A DNA stretch of 64,000 nt, from positions 1 through 64,000 of the IMG/VR virus record IMGVR_UViG_3300021400_000154, one strand, 5' to 3'. The stretch comes from a virus (lineage: Duplodnaviria; Caudoviricetes). Positions 1-9,371 of the stretch are shown piece after piece; position 1 is the first letter of the stretch; each line of letters begins with the position of its first letter. The translations under genes were made by a program, and so were the position numbers. The notes beneath the pieces are model-generated. The model did no database searches. It was not told where the DNA came from and saw only the letters and a list, made by a program, of their open reading frames with translations.

Positions 1-94
1 GGTCAATGATTCCGTGTTCCTTCATGGTGCCAAGCCGCCAGAGGTAATCATCTACGCTCTCGCCGGGTTGCATCATCATCAGGTCTTCGTTCAT
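1..94 (-). CDS. partial CDS running off the left edge (MNEDLMMMQPGESVDDYLWRLG...)
   Basis: ATG overlaps the TGA of 91..348; frame open to the window edge. Confidence 0.55.
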   Translation of the reverse strand, partial: MNEDLMMMQPGESVDDYLWRLGTMKEHGIID

Positions 95-348
95 TCAATT
101 CCTCCTTGTTCATCTCTGCCTGAAGAGACAGAGAGGAGTTCAGCGTGTGTAATGTCGGGCTTTTCATTCGTAAGTTCAGGCTTATCGAAATCCCAGCCGC
201 AGTAATTCTTCTCGAGACGGTAACAGATCTCCGCCGTGTTCTTCTCTGCCCAGTCGAGGAAGAGACGCCAGGCTTCTTCCGGCGTCTCTGCTTCCACGAC
301 AAAGTCAGTACAGGCTGTTTCCGTGATGCCAATCCTGTAGTTGTTCAA
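91..348 (-). CDS. hypothetical protein
   Basis: TTG start after GGAGG; tightly packed in operon. Confidence 0.7.
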   Translation of the reverse strand: MNNYRIGITETACTDFVVEAETPEEAWRLFLDWAEKNTAEICYRLEKNYCGWDFDKPELTNEKPDITHAELLSVSSGRDEQGGIE

Positions 349-359
349 TCTATTACCTC

Positions 360-2198
360 CTAGAAAGGCATTTCCTCAGACCCGTCCTGCACAGCGAAGG
401 CAGGAAGATCTGCCGCCCGATCCTCAGGCTCCTGCAGACCGGCGTGATCCCAGCCATAGACTGTGCGATCGCCATAGGAAGTCTGGAAGATCCTGCGGGT
501 GGACGGATCGAAAGAGCAGTGGATGTAGGGCGTGTCACCGAACTCACGGTTCTTGGTCACCCGAACGTTCGGCTTCTCGATGCACATCACGATGTCCGCC
601 AGATTGGTGATCGCGGCAGAGCCCGCCACATCCTCAGAGTTGAACGTCTGGTTTGCGGGTGTCTTTCTCGGATGCGCAACCAGGATCACATGCGCCTTGA
701 ACCGCACGGCGAACTGCTTCAGCGCGGCGGTAATCTTCGCCTGCTGCTTCAGCTCCTCCTCAATGCCACTGGTGAGCATCATCAGGTTATCCACCAGGAA
801 CAGCTTGCAACCATAACGGCGGGCGCACAGGGTGAACCGCTTGATCACGGACTCCACCATGGTTCCCTGGTCCACAAAGGAGTTGTCGAACAGGAAGAAC
901 TTCTCGTCCAGCCAGTCCTTGATGCGCTCCTGAACCTCGTAGGGCACCATCGCATAGTTCTTGCCGTTGCGGATGTCCTGCTTGTAGGTCATGAACTTGC
1001 GCTCACAGGCCTGGGCCATGATCCAGTCGCGGAACTGTATGGCAGAGAGTTCGCCGGAGTAGGCAGCAACCTTGTAGCCCTGCTCCACACCGTTGAGAAG
1101 GAAGGTGCCAGAGATAGTGCTCTTGCCCTCACCGCGCTTGCCGGAGATAACTGTCAGACAGCCTTCGCCGAAACCGCCAATGGCCTGATCCAGCTCAGGA
1201 ATCCGGGTATAAATGCGCGGAATGGAGGACGGATCCACATAGGGAACCGCAGACAGGTTCAGCACACCCTCCACAGGAGCAGGCTCGCAATGGTCAGCCA
1301 CGTCCTTCAGGCCTGCGCGGCCATAGGAGAACAGGATCTCATTGGCATCCTTGCAGATACGGCCCTGTCCCTCATCGTTCATGATGAACTCAGGATACAT
1401 GGGCGCGATCATGCAGCGGTCTTCGCCAAGGCGCTTAACCAGAGTCTGCATCATGACCATGCCGGGCTCATCAGAGTCGCCAAAGAGCACGATCATACGG
1501 AAGTTCTCCAGCCAATCCCAGCAGAGATTGACCCAGTCCAGGTTATTGCAGCCGCAAGGCACAGAGACCACGTTCGTCACGCCAGCCTCATACAGGGACA
1601 TGGCATCGAACTCGCCTTCGGTAATGAACAGGGGCTCGTTGAAGGAGACACCATCCATGTTGAACAGGATGGGCTCCGTATTCTTCTCCTGCCACTCCTT
1701 GGGCATGTCGTCCTCTTTGCGGTTGTAGGCCTTGGGCTTGCGGTACTTCACGTACACCAGCTGGCCGTCTCGGTAGAAAGGAAAGACGATGTTGCCCCAA
1801 CTGTCGGACATGATATGGAAAGCAGCCATGGTCTCCTCGCTGATGCAGCGGGAGGCGAAGTAGGCGCGGATCGCGTCCGTCGTGGGGCGATACTGGGTTT
1901 CATCCGGGCGATCCCAGACTTTGACCTTCTTGTTGCCGAAGATGGTCTTTGCATCCTCGTCAACCTCGTAGAAGTCGTCAAAGTTCTCCATCAGCGCCTT
2001 GAAGGTGCCGGATCTGCTGCAGCTTCCGCGCTTGCAGGACCAGACACCGTTATACAGACTGATGCCGAAGGTGTTCTTGTCGTGGTTTTCACCGCCATGA
2101 CAGAAAGGGCATTCCTTGGCAACGAGTTCTCCGTTGCGAACGGAGTATTCCACAATGTGTTTGTCGGCAAACGCCATCACAGCGTCTTTAACGTTCAT
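360..2198 (-). CDS. bifunctional DNA primase-helicase (T7 gp4/Twinkle-like)
   Basis: Zn finger CPFC...CKRGSC, TOPRIM ITEGEFD and DSDEPG, Walker A GKRGEGKS, DnaB-type LVDNL and LVAHPRK; ends ...EEMPF-TAG. Confidence 0.92.
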   Translation of the reverse strand: MNVKDAVMAFADKHIVEYSVRNGELVAKECPFCHGGENHDKNTFGISLYNGVWSCKRGSCSRSGTFKALMENFDDFYEVDEDAKTIFGNKKVKVWDRPDETQYRPTTDAIRAYFASRCISEETMAAFHIMSDSWGNIVFPFYRDGQLVYVKYRKPKAYNRKEDDMPKEWQEKNTEPILFNMDGVSFNEPLFITEGEFDAMSLYEAGVTNVVSVPCGCNNLDWVNLCWDWLENFRMIVLFGDSDEPGMVMMQTLVKRLGEDRCMIAPMYPEFIMNDEGQGRICKDANEILFSYGRAGLKDVADHCEPAPVEGVLNLSAVPYVDPSSIPRIYTRIPELDQAIGGFGEGCLTVISGKRGEGKSTISGTFLLNGVEQGYKVAAYSGELSAIQFRDWIMAQACERKFMTYKQDIRNGKNYAMVPYEVQERIKDWLDEKFFLFDNSFVDQGTMVESVIKRFTLCARRYGCKLFLVDNLMMLTSGIEEELKQQAKITAALKQFAVRFKAHVILVAHPRKTPANQTFNSEDVAGSAAITNLADIVMCIEKPNVRVTKNREFGDTPYIHCSFDPSTRRIFQTSYGDRTVYGWDHAGLQEPEDRAADLPAFAVQDGSEEMPF

Positions 2199-2243
2199 TT
2201 GGCACTCTTCTTTCTTCTTTTATTGGTGAGGAGCCGGATGGTG

Positions 2244-2624
2244 TTACTCGGTAGGATCGTCAGTCTCGGTCACATCGACAGGCTTGGCATCCGTATCGGT
2301 ACCCTTCTGGCCACGGCGCGGACGGAACTCGGAGACGCGAACCCGCATGTGCGGATGCGAAACACCGTTGGCGTCGGGCCGCTCCACCATCTCCATGCCA
2401 CCACGGATGGTGATCTCGGTACCCTTCTGCAGTTTGGTAAAGGCGAACTCGCCCTCCTTGCCCCAGATAGAGCACTCGTAGAAATTGGTGCGGTACTCGC
2501 CGTTCTCGTCCTTGGAGTTGGTGTTGACGGCAACGTCAAAGTTGCAAACAGTGCTGGTGCCAACGGCGCGCAGCACAGGATCCTTGGTCAGGTTACCCTC
2601 GATGGTGATGAAAGCGTTGTTCAT
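2244..2624 (-). CDS. ssb: single-stranded DNA-binding protein
   Basis: IEGNLTKDP...FDVAVN...FYECSIWG OB-fold pattern, acidic tail. Confidence 0.88.
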   Translation of the reverse strand: MNNAFITIEGNLTKDPVLRAVGTSTVCNFDVAVNTNSKDENGEYRTNFYECSIWGKEGEFAFTKLQKGTEITIRGGMEMVERPDANGVSHPHMRVRVSEFRPRRGQKGTDTDAKPVDVTETDDPTE

Positions 2625-2675
2625 GAGTCATCCCTCTTTCTTTTGTCGTTTAGAAGCTGCCTGGCAACTTCTTTC

Positions 2676-2702
2676 CATTACGTTTGTTTTCGAGGTTGCG
2701 GA
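2676..2702 (-). promoter_or_regulatory. 27-bp repeated motif copy 1 (candidate phage promoter)
   Basis: TCCGCAACCTCGAAAACAAACGTAATG on minus strand, intergenic, upstream of ssb. Confidence 0.7.
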
Positions 2703-2715
2703 AACGAAGGGGCGA

Positions 2716-3351
2716 TCAAGCCGCCCCTTTCGTCTCCTTCAGGAATGCCAGCAGCTCGGAAACGCGGCCGAGATCGGTGCATGCCTTGTAGTTGTAGCTG
2801 CCAATGATGGGCTTGATAGCCTTCTCGGCAAAGGCCTTCTTGGCAGCGGTGTCCATGTCCTTGGTGCGCTCCTTGATCAGATCATCAATTTCCTTGACGA
2901 TCTTGGCGATCACCACCGCCTCTTCAGCCTTGCGCTTCTTGTCCTCCTCAGACTCCTCAGGCAGATCTTCGCCTGCATAAATATACAGTCCCAGACCATG
3001 CCGCGCAGCAGCCTTCGTCAGACTCCGCTGAATCGCCTTGTTCACATCCATACTGGTCACCTGTTCCAGAGGAATGGAACGATTCTTGAAATCCATGACA
3101 GGCAGCATCTCGATGTACTCCAGACCCTGCACCGTAACGCCGGTCTTCACCCAGCAAGTCTTGCCATCGGTGAAGTAGTTGCAGGGACCGTACTCGGTCT
3201 CGCGCTCATAGACAGTGAACGTGGTGCCGGGAAACTGTTCGTTGATCTGATCCCAAGCCCAGGCCCAACTCAGGTAAGTCAAGCCATTCTTCTTTTCGGT
3301 GTGCTCGTTCACGTCGATGGTGCGGAGTTTCCTGAAAGCCGTGTACTCCAT
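2716..3351 (-). CDS. Sak3/DUF1071 (Rad52-like) single-strand annealing protein
   Basis: KKNGLTYLSWAWAW and LPVMDFKN...NKAIQRSLTKAAARHGLGLYIYAGED motifs; next to ssb. Confidence 0.85.
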   Translation of the reverse strand: MEYTAFRKLRTIDVNEHTEKKNGLTYLSWAWAWDQINEQFPGTTFTVYERETEYGPCNYFTDGKTCWVKTGVTVQGLEYIEMLPVMDFKNRSIPLEQVTSMDVNKAIQRSLTKAAARHGLGLYIYAGEDLPEESEEDKKRKAEEAVVIAKIVKEIDDLIKERTKDMDTAAKKAFAEKAIKPIIGSYNYKACTDLGRVSELLAFLKETKGAA

Positions 3352-3354
3352 TTG

Positions 3355-3870
3355 TCACTTCTCCTTTTTCTTGGTCGTGTACTTGTGACAGTCATATCCA
3401 AGAGGAAGTACATCCTCTTTAGACATCAGGTATGGCATGCGCTTCCGTTCCTCATTGGCCTTTTCCAGGCGGTTCTTTCCCTGGTCCTGGTTGGTCCTGA
3501 CCTTGGGATCCGGGAGGCGCTTGATGAAGATGGGAGGCCTGCTCAGGCGGTCCCCGTGAATGTCACATGGGAACCACATGAGCGCTCCCTTTGGGTAGTA
3601 TTTCTTGGTCTCGTCGTGGGAGTATGCCTTGTCGCCATGCATATGATCCCGAGTTCTGTAGCCAGAGAGAAAGTCCACAAGCTCCGGATGGTTCGCAGGA
3701 TCATTCACCAGTACCTTTGGCATGGCTCTGTATGTATCCAGATCCTCTCTGGTTACGCGGTAGCCCGAACGGTTTTCGCTCTCTCCTGCGCTCTTGCGAA
3801 GAATGTAGGACGGGTCGGTACGGCCCTTGGCGAAGTCCTCTTCCGCGACGATCCCGAGGAAGTAGAGCAT
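3355..3870 (-). CDS. hypothetical protein
   Basis: ORF with RBS in operon. Confidence 0.65.
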   Translation of the reverse strand: MLYFLGIVAEEDFAKGRTDPSYILRKSAGESENRSGYRVTREDLDTYRAMPKVLVNDPANHPELVDFLSGYRTRDHMHGDKAYSHDETKKYYPKGALMWFPCDIHGDRLSRPPIFIKRLPDPKVRTNQDQGKNRLEKANEERKRMPYLMSKEDVLPLGYDCHKYTTKKKEK

Positions 3871-3874
3871 CGCA

Positions 3875-4231
3875 TCACTCCTCGTGAATGTTGAGATGCA
3901 GCATCTGATACTGCATCTCTCCGGCGAGCTTGCCGAGATCCTGATAGGCTTCCTTGGAAGTCTGCAACGTCTTCACGACGCCAACGCAAGATCTTGTGGT
4001 CTCGTCGAAGCCACAACGATACATGTAGACTTCGATGTACGCACCTTCACAAACTCCGGGAGATACGACAACCTCGAACCAGTCGTCCAGCTGCACCGGA
4101 TCCTCGAAGCCGCTTCCGACAAGACGGAAGTTGGCATATTCCAGCGCGGTATTGCCATAGGAACAGAAGTAGGAATTCTTGACGGTCTCACAGCGGGAGA
4201 AAGCTTTCTCCAGGAAAGTTCCAAGCGTCAT
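3875..4231 (-). CDS. hypothetical protein
   Basis: ATGA overlap with upstream gene, GGAGG RBS. Confidence 0.7.
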   Translation of the reverse strand: MTLGTFLEKAFSRCETVKNSYFCSYGNTALEYANFRLVGSGFEDPVQLDDWFEVVVSPGVCEGAYIEVYMYRCGFDETTRSCVGVVKTLQTSKEAYQDLGKLAGEMQYQMLHLNIHEE

Positions 4232-4755
4232 TTCACATCCTCCTCACTCCACTTGAGTCCACGGGCCTTGTACAGCGGCACCCAATGCGCTTCGTAGAAG
4301 TCGTATCCGGCACCGTCGATACCAAAGATGTAGCCGTAGTCCTCCTGCTCGTAAATGCGGAAGCCGCAGTCAGCCATCTCATGCATGTGATTGCCGAGAT
4401 AACCGTCCAGCCACTCCACATCCGTGGGATCGGAGAAGGCCCACATGGTGCCCCACATGGGCAGCAGATCGTTCCGATCCAAGCAGAACTCGTCCCAGGC
4501 CAGTTCCACCTTGTCGCCATTGTCCAGGCGAACCGTATACATCCTGTCGTGACCATCGCTTCGATGGGACAGAATCTCACCATATTTGCCATTGGTATCG
4601 AACACGTACACCGTGTCTCCAATGGCAGGAGGCGTGACTTCGCGGATCTCATCCGCGTCCGCCCGCACAAGCTTCTCCACCACACCCAGAGGAATGGCGT
4701 TGAACTCGCGGACCCAGGCATGAGTTGCTTCCAGTGTCGTCTTGTACTGTTTCAT
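4228..4755 (-). CDS. hypothetical phage protein
   Basis: AAAGGAG RBS; FGIDGAGYDFYEAHWVPLY C-terminal motif. Confidence 0.75.
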   Translation of the reverse strand: MKQYKTTLEATHAWVREFNAIPLGVVEKLVRADADEIREVTPPAIGDTVYVFDTNGKYGEILSHRSDGHDRMYTVRLDNGDKVELAWDEFCLDRNDLLPMWGTMWAFSDPTDVEWLDGYLGNHMHEMADCGFRIYEQEDYGYIFGIDGAGYDFYEAHWVPLYKARGLKWSEEDVK

Positions 4756-4789
4756 CTGAAATCTCCTTTCGTTCTACGCCGCGCCGCTG

Positions 4790-7627
4790 TTACTCGGCGC
4801 GACGTTTCAGTAACTTGTTTGCTTGTGTGATTTCCCGGCGCTTCTGGTTGTAGGCCTCGAAGTACTCCTTGTTGCGCTGCTCCGCGCACTCCTGACACCT
4901 GACCTGGCGCGAGTTGGTCCTCGGCGCCAGCTTGCCACAGTCCATGCAGCGGATGAAGCCGCGAGGAAGGCCTGTGCAGTCATGAGGCGAGGACCAGAGC
5001 GGAATGGACATGCCACACTCAGGACAGATCCTGCAGGCCACCAGGTTCTCCTCCAGCGTCTTGATGGCGATGTCGCCGAAGACGCGCCAGAACATCTGCT
5101 TATGGCTGGACTTGGCCACATTGCGCTCGGAGAACAGGGCATAGACCACCGCCGGGTAAACCTTCTCCAGGCTCCCATACTTCCCGATCAGGGTGCGCTT
5201 GATCTGGTCTGCGACAAAGTCGTAGCCAGCTCCGGCAACACGAACCGCAGAGTCGGACTGCTCGGACGTGTCGATAATGTTCGAGAAGTTGGTGTTGTCC
5301 ATGTCGAAGAACAGCTTGACCGCGTCCTCCATCTTGTCCTCCACCTCACCGGAGAGCATCATGCGGTAGTTAAACGGGGCCACACCAGCATAGTTCATGT
5401 TGATGTTCCCGATCCCGCTGAAGTAGTTGGCGAGGCGGTTCATGATGGAGTCATTGGGCTTCTTGCAGCGACGTTTCTTCTTGTTCTTCGTGTCCTGGTT
5501 GTGGCGACCGTTCCTGCTGTACTGGAAGAAGTACGGCATACGCCCGTTCTTTCCACCCACAGCGGCATTGATGCGCTTTGCTACCTCCGGGTACTTGTCG
5601 TACCCGTTGATGACAGGTAGCTTGGCTCCATCGATCACCTGATTGTTGTAGTAGCACAGCAGCTTGCCGGAATGGTAGTCAGGCTCGTCGGAGTTCCACA
5701 GCTTGCACAGGTTGTTGGACACCTGGCCGATGCCGGAAGAGTCGTGCGCACGAACCAGTCCGATGAAGATGTTCTCGCGGCTGATCGTCTCAGGCGGAAC
5801 CTCGTTCGCGTCATAGAACAGCGGCACGATGTCGTGCTCCCGGACATTGCGTTCTGCGACCGCTACAAAGACAGCGTTCACCACCACATTCAGCTGATCG
5901 CCGTCGCAGTCGAACTGCAAGATCCGACTGATCAGGTCATGAATGCTGGTATAGATACCGTTGGTGATAAACCAGCTGTAGACCTCGGAGGAGTGGCTGA
6001 TGTTGCGGACGGCATGCTCCATGAACAGGTGCGGAGAGCGAAGGCAATCGCACTTGTCATAGTTGCGGTAGACCTTGCAGGCAACCCAGCCATTCTCGAG
6101 CAGGCCTTTCGGATTCTTCTCGCCCAGAAACAGGTACTCGCAGAAGGCGTACAGGTCAGGAATTACGAAGAGCCGCTTGTTCTCGCAGATCAGGCGACCG
6201 GACTGTGCATCCTGGGTCCAGCGGCGCTTGATGGCCTTTAAGGTATCCTTGGAGAAGCCATCCCGCAGCAGCGGATCGTAGAGACACAGCGCCCGCTTGT
6301 AGGGCTGGTCCGAGAACTCGTCTGCCCGGAGCGTCCGAAGCATGGACGCCTTGTCGGTGGCGATGTTCTTGATCTTGTCCCAGGTGCGCTGGGCGAACTG
6401 CGCCATCTCTTCGTTGGTAAAGTCGGTCAGGGACTCAATGAACTGGTAGTTGACCGTTGTGTCCGGGACGAAGGCCTCCTCATAGTTGGTAAAAGAGATG
6501 CCCCAGCCGCACATCTTGGCGATGGTCTTGTACTCCTCCCAGGAAGCGTAGAACTTCCAGAGCTTGAACTGGGAAGCAGTCAGGATCATGGTGATATGCT
6601 CCTTAACCAGGTCATGCTTCTGACCCCAAGCATCCACCACCTCAGGCTTCACACCGTGAACCCTGCAGAACCGAAGGAAATCAAACGGGGACACGAGCCC
6701 CTTGATCCAGGCAGACCGGATCATCCGGTTGTCCTTGAACTCGGAAGGCAGGACCATGCCACAGCCGTCCGTGTGCTTGATCTCCACGGTCGCAACCTTG
6801 CGCTCCACCGTGTAGTCAGGGTTGATGTAGTCCAGCAGGTCGGTCACCAGCCCGGAGAAGTCCTTGACGACAACGATCTTGTCGAAAGAGAAGTCGGAAG
6901 GATCAGTAGCGCTGAAGTCCAGGGCGGTATAGGCCAGGTACTTGGACACGTTCAGTCCGCCCTTGGCGTTGATGGTGTCCCAGTCCAGTCCGCACTGGAT
7001 GTGTACGCGTAGCTGCTCCCATGCCGCATCCGAGAAGCAGCAGACCTTGTCGGTCCGAAGCTGGCCTGCGGATGCGGTTACCATGTCGTAGTGCCGCAGA
7101 TCAATGCTCCCGTCCTCCAGTTCAATGGGGATGTAGAATCCGTCCAGGACCACCTGATGGAGGACCTCCACGGACTTCCACTTCAGGATGACCTTGTCCA
7201 GGAACACCTGATCTTTCTGGATCCCCAGGAATCTGGATGCGTCAGAGCAGAACTCTGCAATCTTTCTGGATGCGCGAAGAGTGTTCCACGTGATACCAAG
7301 CTGCTGGATCGGCTCGCCGTTACAATCCTTCGGCAGCAGTCTGCTGTCTGTCACTCCGGCGACACGTACTGTCCTCGGCACTCCACGATGCTTCAGGATC
7401 AGTTCATCCAGCTGCACCTGAACGGATTTCTTCTCAGCCAGCAGTTCCGCTTTCCGTTCGGTGTTCTTCTTGGTGTTGTTCTTCTTCGCTTCGCTGTCCA
7501 ACCTGTCCATCTCAGCAATATACGCCATGATCTTCTCGTAGAGCGCATATTCATCGTCTGTGAACAGGTCGGTGGTTGTCAGCGTGATGAGCCGGTACTG
7601 CTGGCTCAAATAGCTCTTTTTAGACAT
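4790..7627 (-). CDS. single-subunit two-barrel RNA polymerase, YonO-like (RNAP-1)
   Basis: HTDGCG, IRSAWIKG, LRSPH, catalytic QFDCDGD (5897-5911), IDGAK; C-terminal CxxC Zn ribbons. Confidence 0.88.
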   Translation of the reverse strand: MSKKSYLSQQYRLITLTTTDLFTDDEYALYEKIMAYIAEMDRLDSEAKKNNTKKNTERKAELLAEKKSVQVQLDELILKHRGVPRTVRVAGVTDSRLLPKDCNGEPIQQLGITWNTLRASRKIAEFCSDASRFLGIQKDQVFLDKVILKWKSVEVLHQVVLDGFYIPIELEDGSIDLRHYDMVTASAGQLRTDKVCCFSDAAWEQLRVHIQCGLDWDTINAKGGLNVSKYLAYTALDFSATDPSDFSFDKIVVVKDFSGLVTDLLDYINPDYTVERKVATVEIKHTDGCGMVLPSEFKDNRMIRSAWIKGLVSPFDFLRFCRVHGVKPEVVDAWGQKHDLVKEHITMILTASQFKLWKFYASWEEYKTIAKMCGWGISFTNYEEAFVPDTTVNYQFIESLTDFTNEEMAQFAQRTWDKIKNIATDKASMLRTLRADEFSDQPYKRALCLYDPLLRDGFSKDTLKAIKRRWTQDAQSGRLICENKRLFVIPDLYAFCEYLFLGEKNPKGLLENGWVACKVYRNYDKCDCLRSPHLFMEHAVRNISHSSEVYSWFITNGIYTSIHDLISRILQFDCDGDQLNVVVNAVFVAVAERNVREHDIVPLFYDANEVPPETISRENIFIGLVRAHDSSGIGQVSNNLCKLWNSDEPDYHSGKLLCYYNNQVIDGAKLPVINGYDKYPEVAKRINAAVGGKNGRMPYFFQYSRNGRHNQDTKNKKKRRCKKPNDSIMNRLANYFSGIGNINMNYAGVAPFNYRMMLSGEVEDKMEDAVKLFFDMDNTNFSNIIDTSEQSDSAVRVAGAGYDFVADQIKRTLIGKYGSLEKVYPAVVYALFSERNVAKSSHKQMFWRVFGDIAIKTLEENLVACRICPECGMSIPLWSSPHDCTGLPRGFIRCMDCGKLAPRTNSRQVRCQECAEQRNKEYFEAYNQKRREITQANKLLKRRAE

Positions 7628-7811
7628 TTGCTTCTCTCCTTTTCTTCTCGGTAGCCGACGTGGTTCAGTTACCGGGAGGTCCGCGTAACAGGTTTTTCAC
7701 TCAATCTCCTCCTTTAGCGAACACTTGTTCGTGTTGCAGCTGAAACATACAGCATGTGTCTACCCTTTGACAAGGAAATTTTTCGCAACTTTCGCAATGA
7801 GTTTTTCTTCT

Positions 7812-7838
7812 CATTACGTTCATTTTCGAGGTTGCGGA
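7812..7838 (-). promoter_or_regulatory. 27-bp repeated motif copy 2 (candidate phage promoter)
   Basis: TCCGCAACCTCGAAAATGAACGTAATG upstream of RNAP-1. Confidence 0.7.
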
Positions 7839-7841
7839 TTT

Positions 7842-8045
7842 TCACTTGATCCGGACAAGGTAGTTCTCGCCGCAGTCGTAGACTGTTCGTTCAAGCTCCT
7901 GCGCGTCGGAGAGAAACACGAAGAGCGAACTGTTTTCCTCAGCTGCCTCAAAGATCAGGAGATCGATGGTGAAGAACCGCATCAGGAACTTCAATCGTTC
8001 CTGGTGCTTTACGTTGTCGTCCAGGTCGCCGAAGTACTCGCTCAA
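7842..8045 (-). CDS. hypothetical protein
   Basis: TTG start after GGAGGTGG. Confidence 0.55.
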   Translation of the reverse strand: MSEYFGDLDDNVKHQERLKFLMRFFTIDLLIFEAAEENSSLFVFLSDAQELERTVYDCGENYLVRIK

Positions 8046-8099
8046 TGAACCACCTCCGAAAAAATAAGGGGCTGCTGCACAAGGCAACAACCCCTAAGA

Positions 8100-8384
8100 T
8101 TACGATGCTTCACCGGTGGCTTCGTCCGGATCAGTGAGCCGGGCATCCAGCTCGTGCATGTCCAGCGGCCAGTTGTCACCCGTGTCGTAGGCATGCATGC
8201 TCAGCACAGGCCGGATGAGGTTTGTCGCCTTGATCAGGTCGATCTTGTGCTGAATGAAGGCCTCTCCTTCCGGCGTATGCATGTACTTAGCGAAGAACTG
8301 CACCGCCTGGTCGCCATTGTCGGCAAGGACGTAGACAGAGGGGCGGCCCTCAAGCCGCAGATCGATGGAGTAAACCTTAGCCAT
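8100..8384 (-). CDS. hypothetical protein (MAKVYSIDL...)
   Basis: AAGGAGG RBS; overlaps upstream stop. Confidence 0.65.
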   Translation of the reverse strand: MAKVYSIDLRLEGRPSVYVLADNGDQAVQFFAKYMHTPEGEAFIQHKIDLIKATNLIRPVLSMHAYDTGDNWPLDMHELDARLTDPDEATGEAS

Positions 8385-9357
8385 TCTGATTTTCCTCCTT
8401 TTCGTCGTCGGGTTCCACCAAGTCGAGAATGGACATGTAGTAGTTGTAGTTGCAGGCGACGCGGTAAGCCTTCTCCGGATTGAACTGCAAGATATGCATG
8501 TCCCTGTCGTAGACCCTGGCATCTTCTACAAGCGGCGCAATGATGAAGTCACCGCAGTCGTTGTCCGGAAGCACGTAGGGGATGCCCCACTCATCCATGA
8601 AGATTCCGTTGTCGCCCACCTCCAGGAACGTGTTGGTCTCCTCATCGTAGAGGCACGCGTCGGCAGGGAGCAGCATGACATTCAGAAACTCCATGTCGTC
8701 ATCGTACGGGTCCCAGAAGAAGGAACCGTCACCATTGCCGATGCAGCTGTAACGGGCATAGCGATTCTGGATCGTCCACTCGTGATGCAGGTTGGAGTAG
8801 AGAATACCATTGCGCTCATAGAACTCGCCGATGGTAACCACATCACCTTCGCCGTTCATGATGGCCCACTTGGAGTGGGTGGCTTTGCTGATCAGGTCCA
8901 GGATGTCCTTGCTGCGGTAAAACTCGTGGTCATAGCGATACAGGGGCGTCATCTGGGCTGCGATATATTCCATGGTGTCGGAGATGTCCGGGCGGCTGGT
9001 ATCGATCGGAATGATGCCATTGTGAGCCACGCCGATGGGCGTCTTCACAGACAGTTTCTGCAGCAGCGGCACAGAGTCCGTCACCGGGAAGGGATGGGTG
9101 TTCTCCGGCGTGTTGCCACCCGCAGTCCCGATACGGAAATGCAGTACCATGGGCAGCTCGAACAGGCTATGTTTCTCTTCCATGGTTTTCAGGGCTTTCA
9201 GCAGGGACTCCACAGTCATGAAGCCCTTCTGGATGTGGACCATCTTGCCGTCGGCCCACATAAATCCGGCACCATGAGGATTCATGTCCCACATGGCACG
9301 AATGGTATCTTCGTCAGGCATGCTGACATTCTTCGGCTTTACCGCAATCACACACAT
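8377..9357 (-). CDS. class II (Ntn) glutamine amidotransferase
   Basis: N-terminal MC, NPHGAG, HFRIGT, NTHPF, AHNG, SDT motifs. Confidence 0.88.
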   Translation of the reverse strand: MCVIAVKPKNVSMPDEDTIRAMWDMNPHGAGFMWADGKMVHIQKGFMTVESLLKALKTMEEKHSLFELPMVLHFRIGTAGGNTPENTHPFPVTDSVPLLQKLSVKTPIGVAHNGIIPIDTSRPDISDTMEYIAAQMTPLYRYDHEFYRSKDILDLISKATHSKWAIMNGEGDVVTIGEFYERNGILYSNLHHEWTIQNRYARYSCIGNGDGSFFWDPYDDDMEFLNVMLLPADACLYDEETNTFLEVGDNGIFMDEWGIPYVLPDNDCGDFIIAPLVEDARVYDRDMHILQFNPEKAYRVACNYNYYMSILDLVEPDDEKEENQNG

Positions 9358-9371
9358 CTTTTGATCTCTCC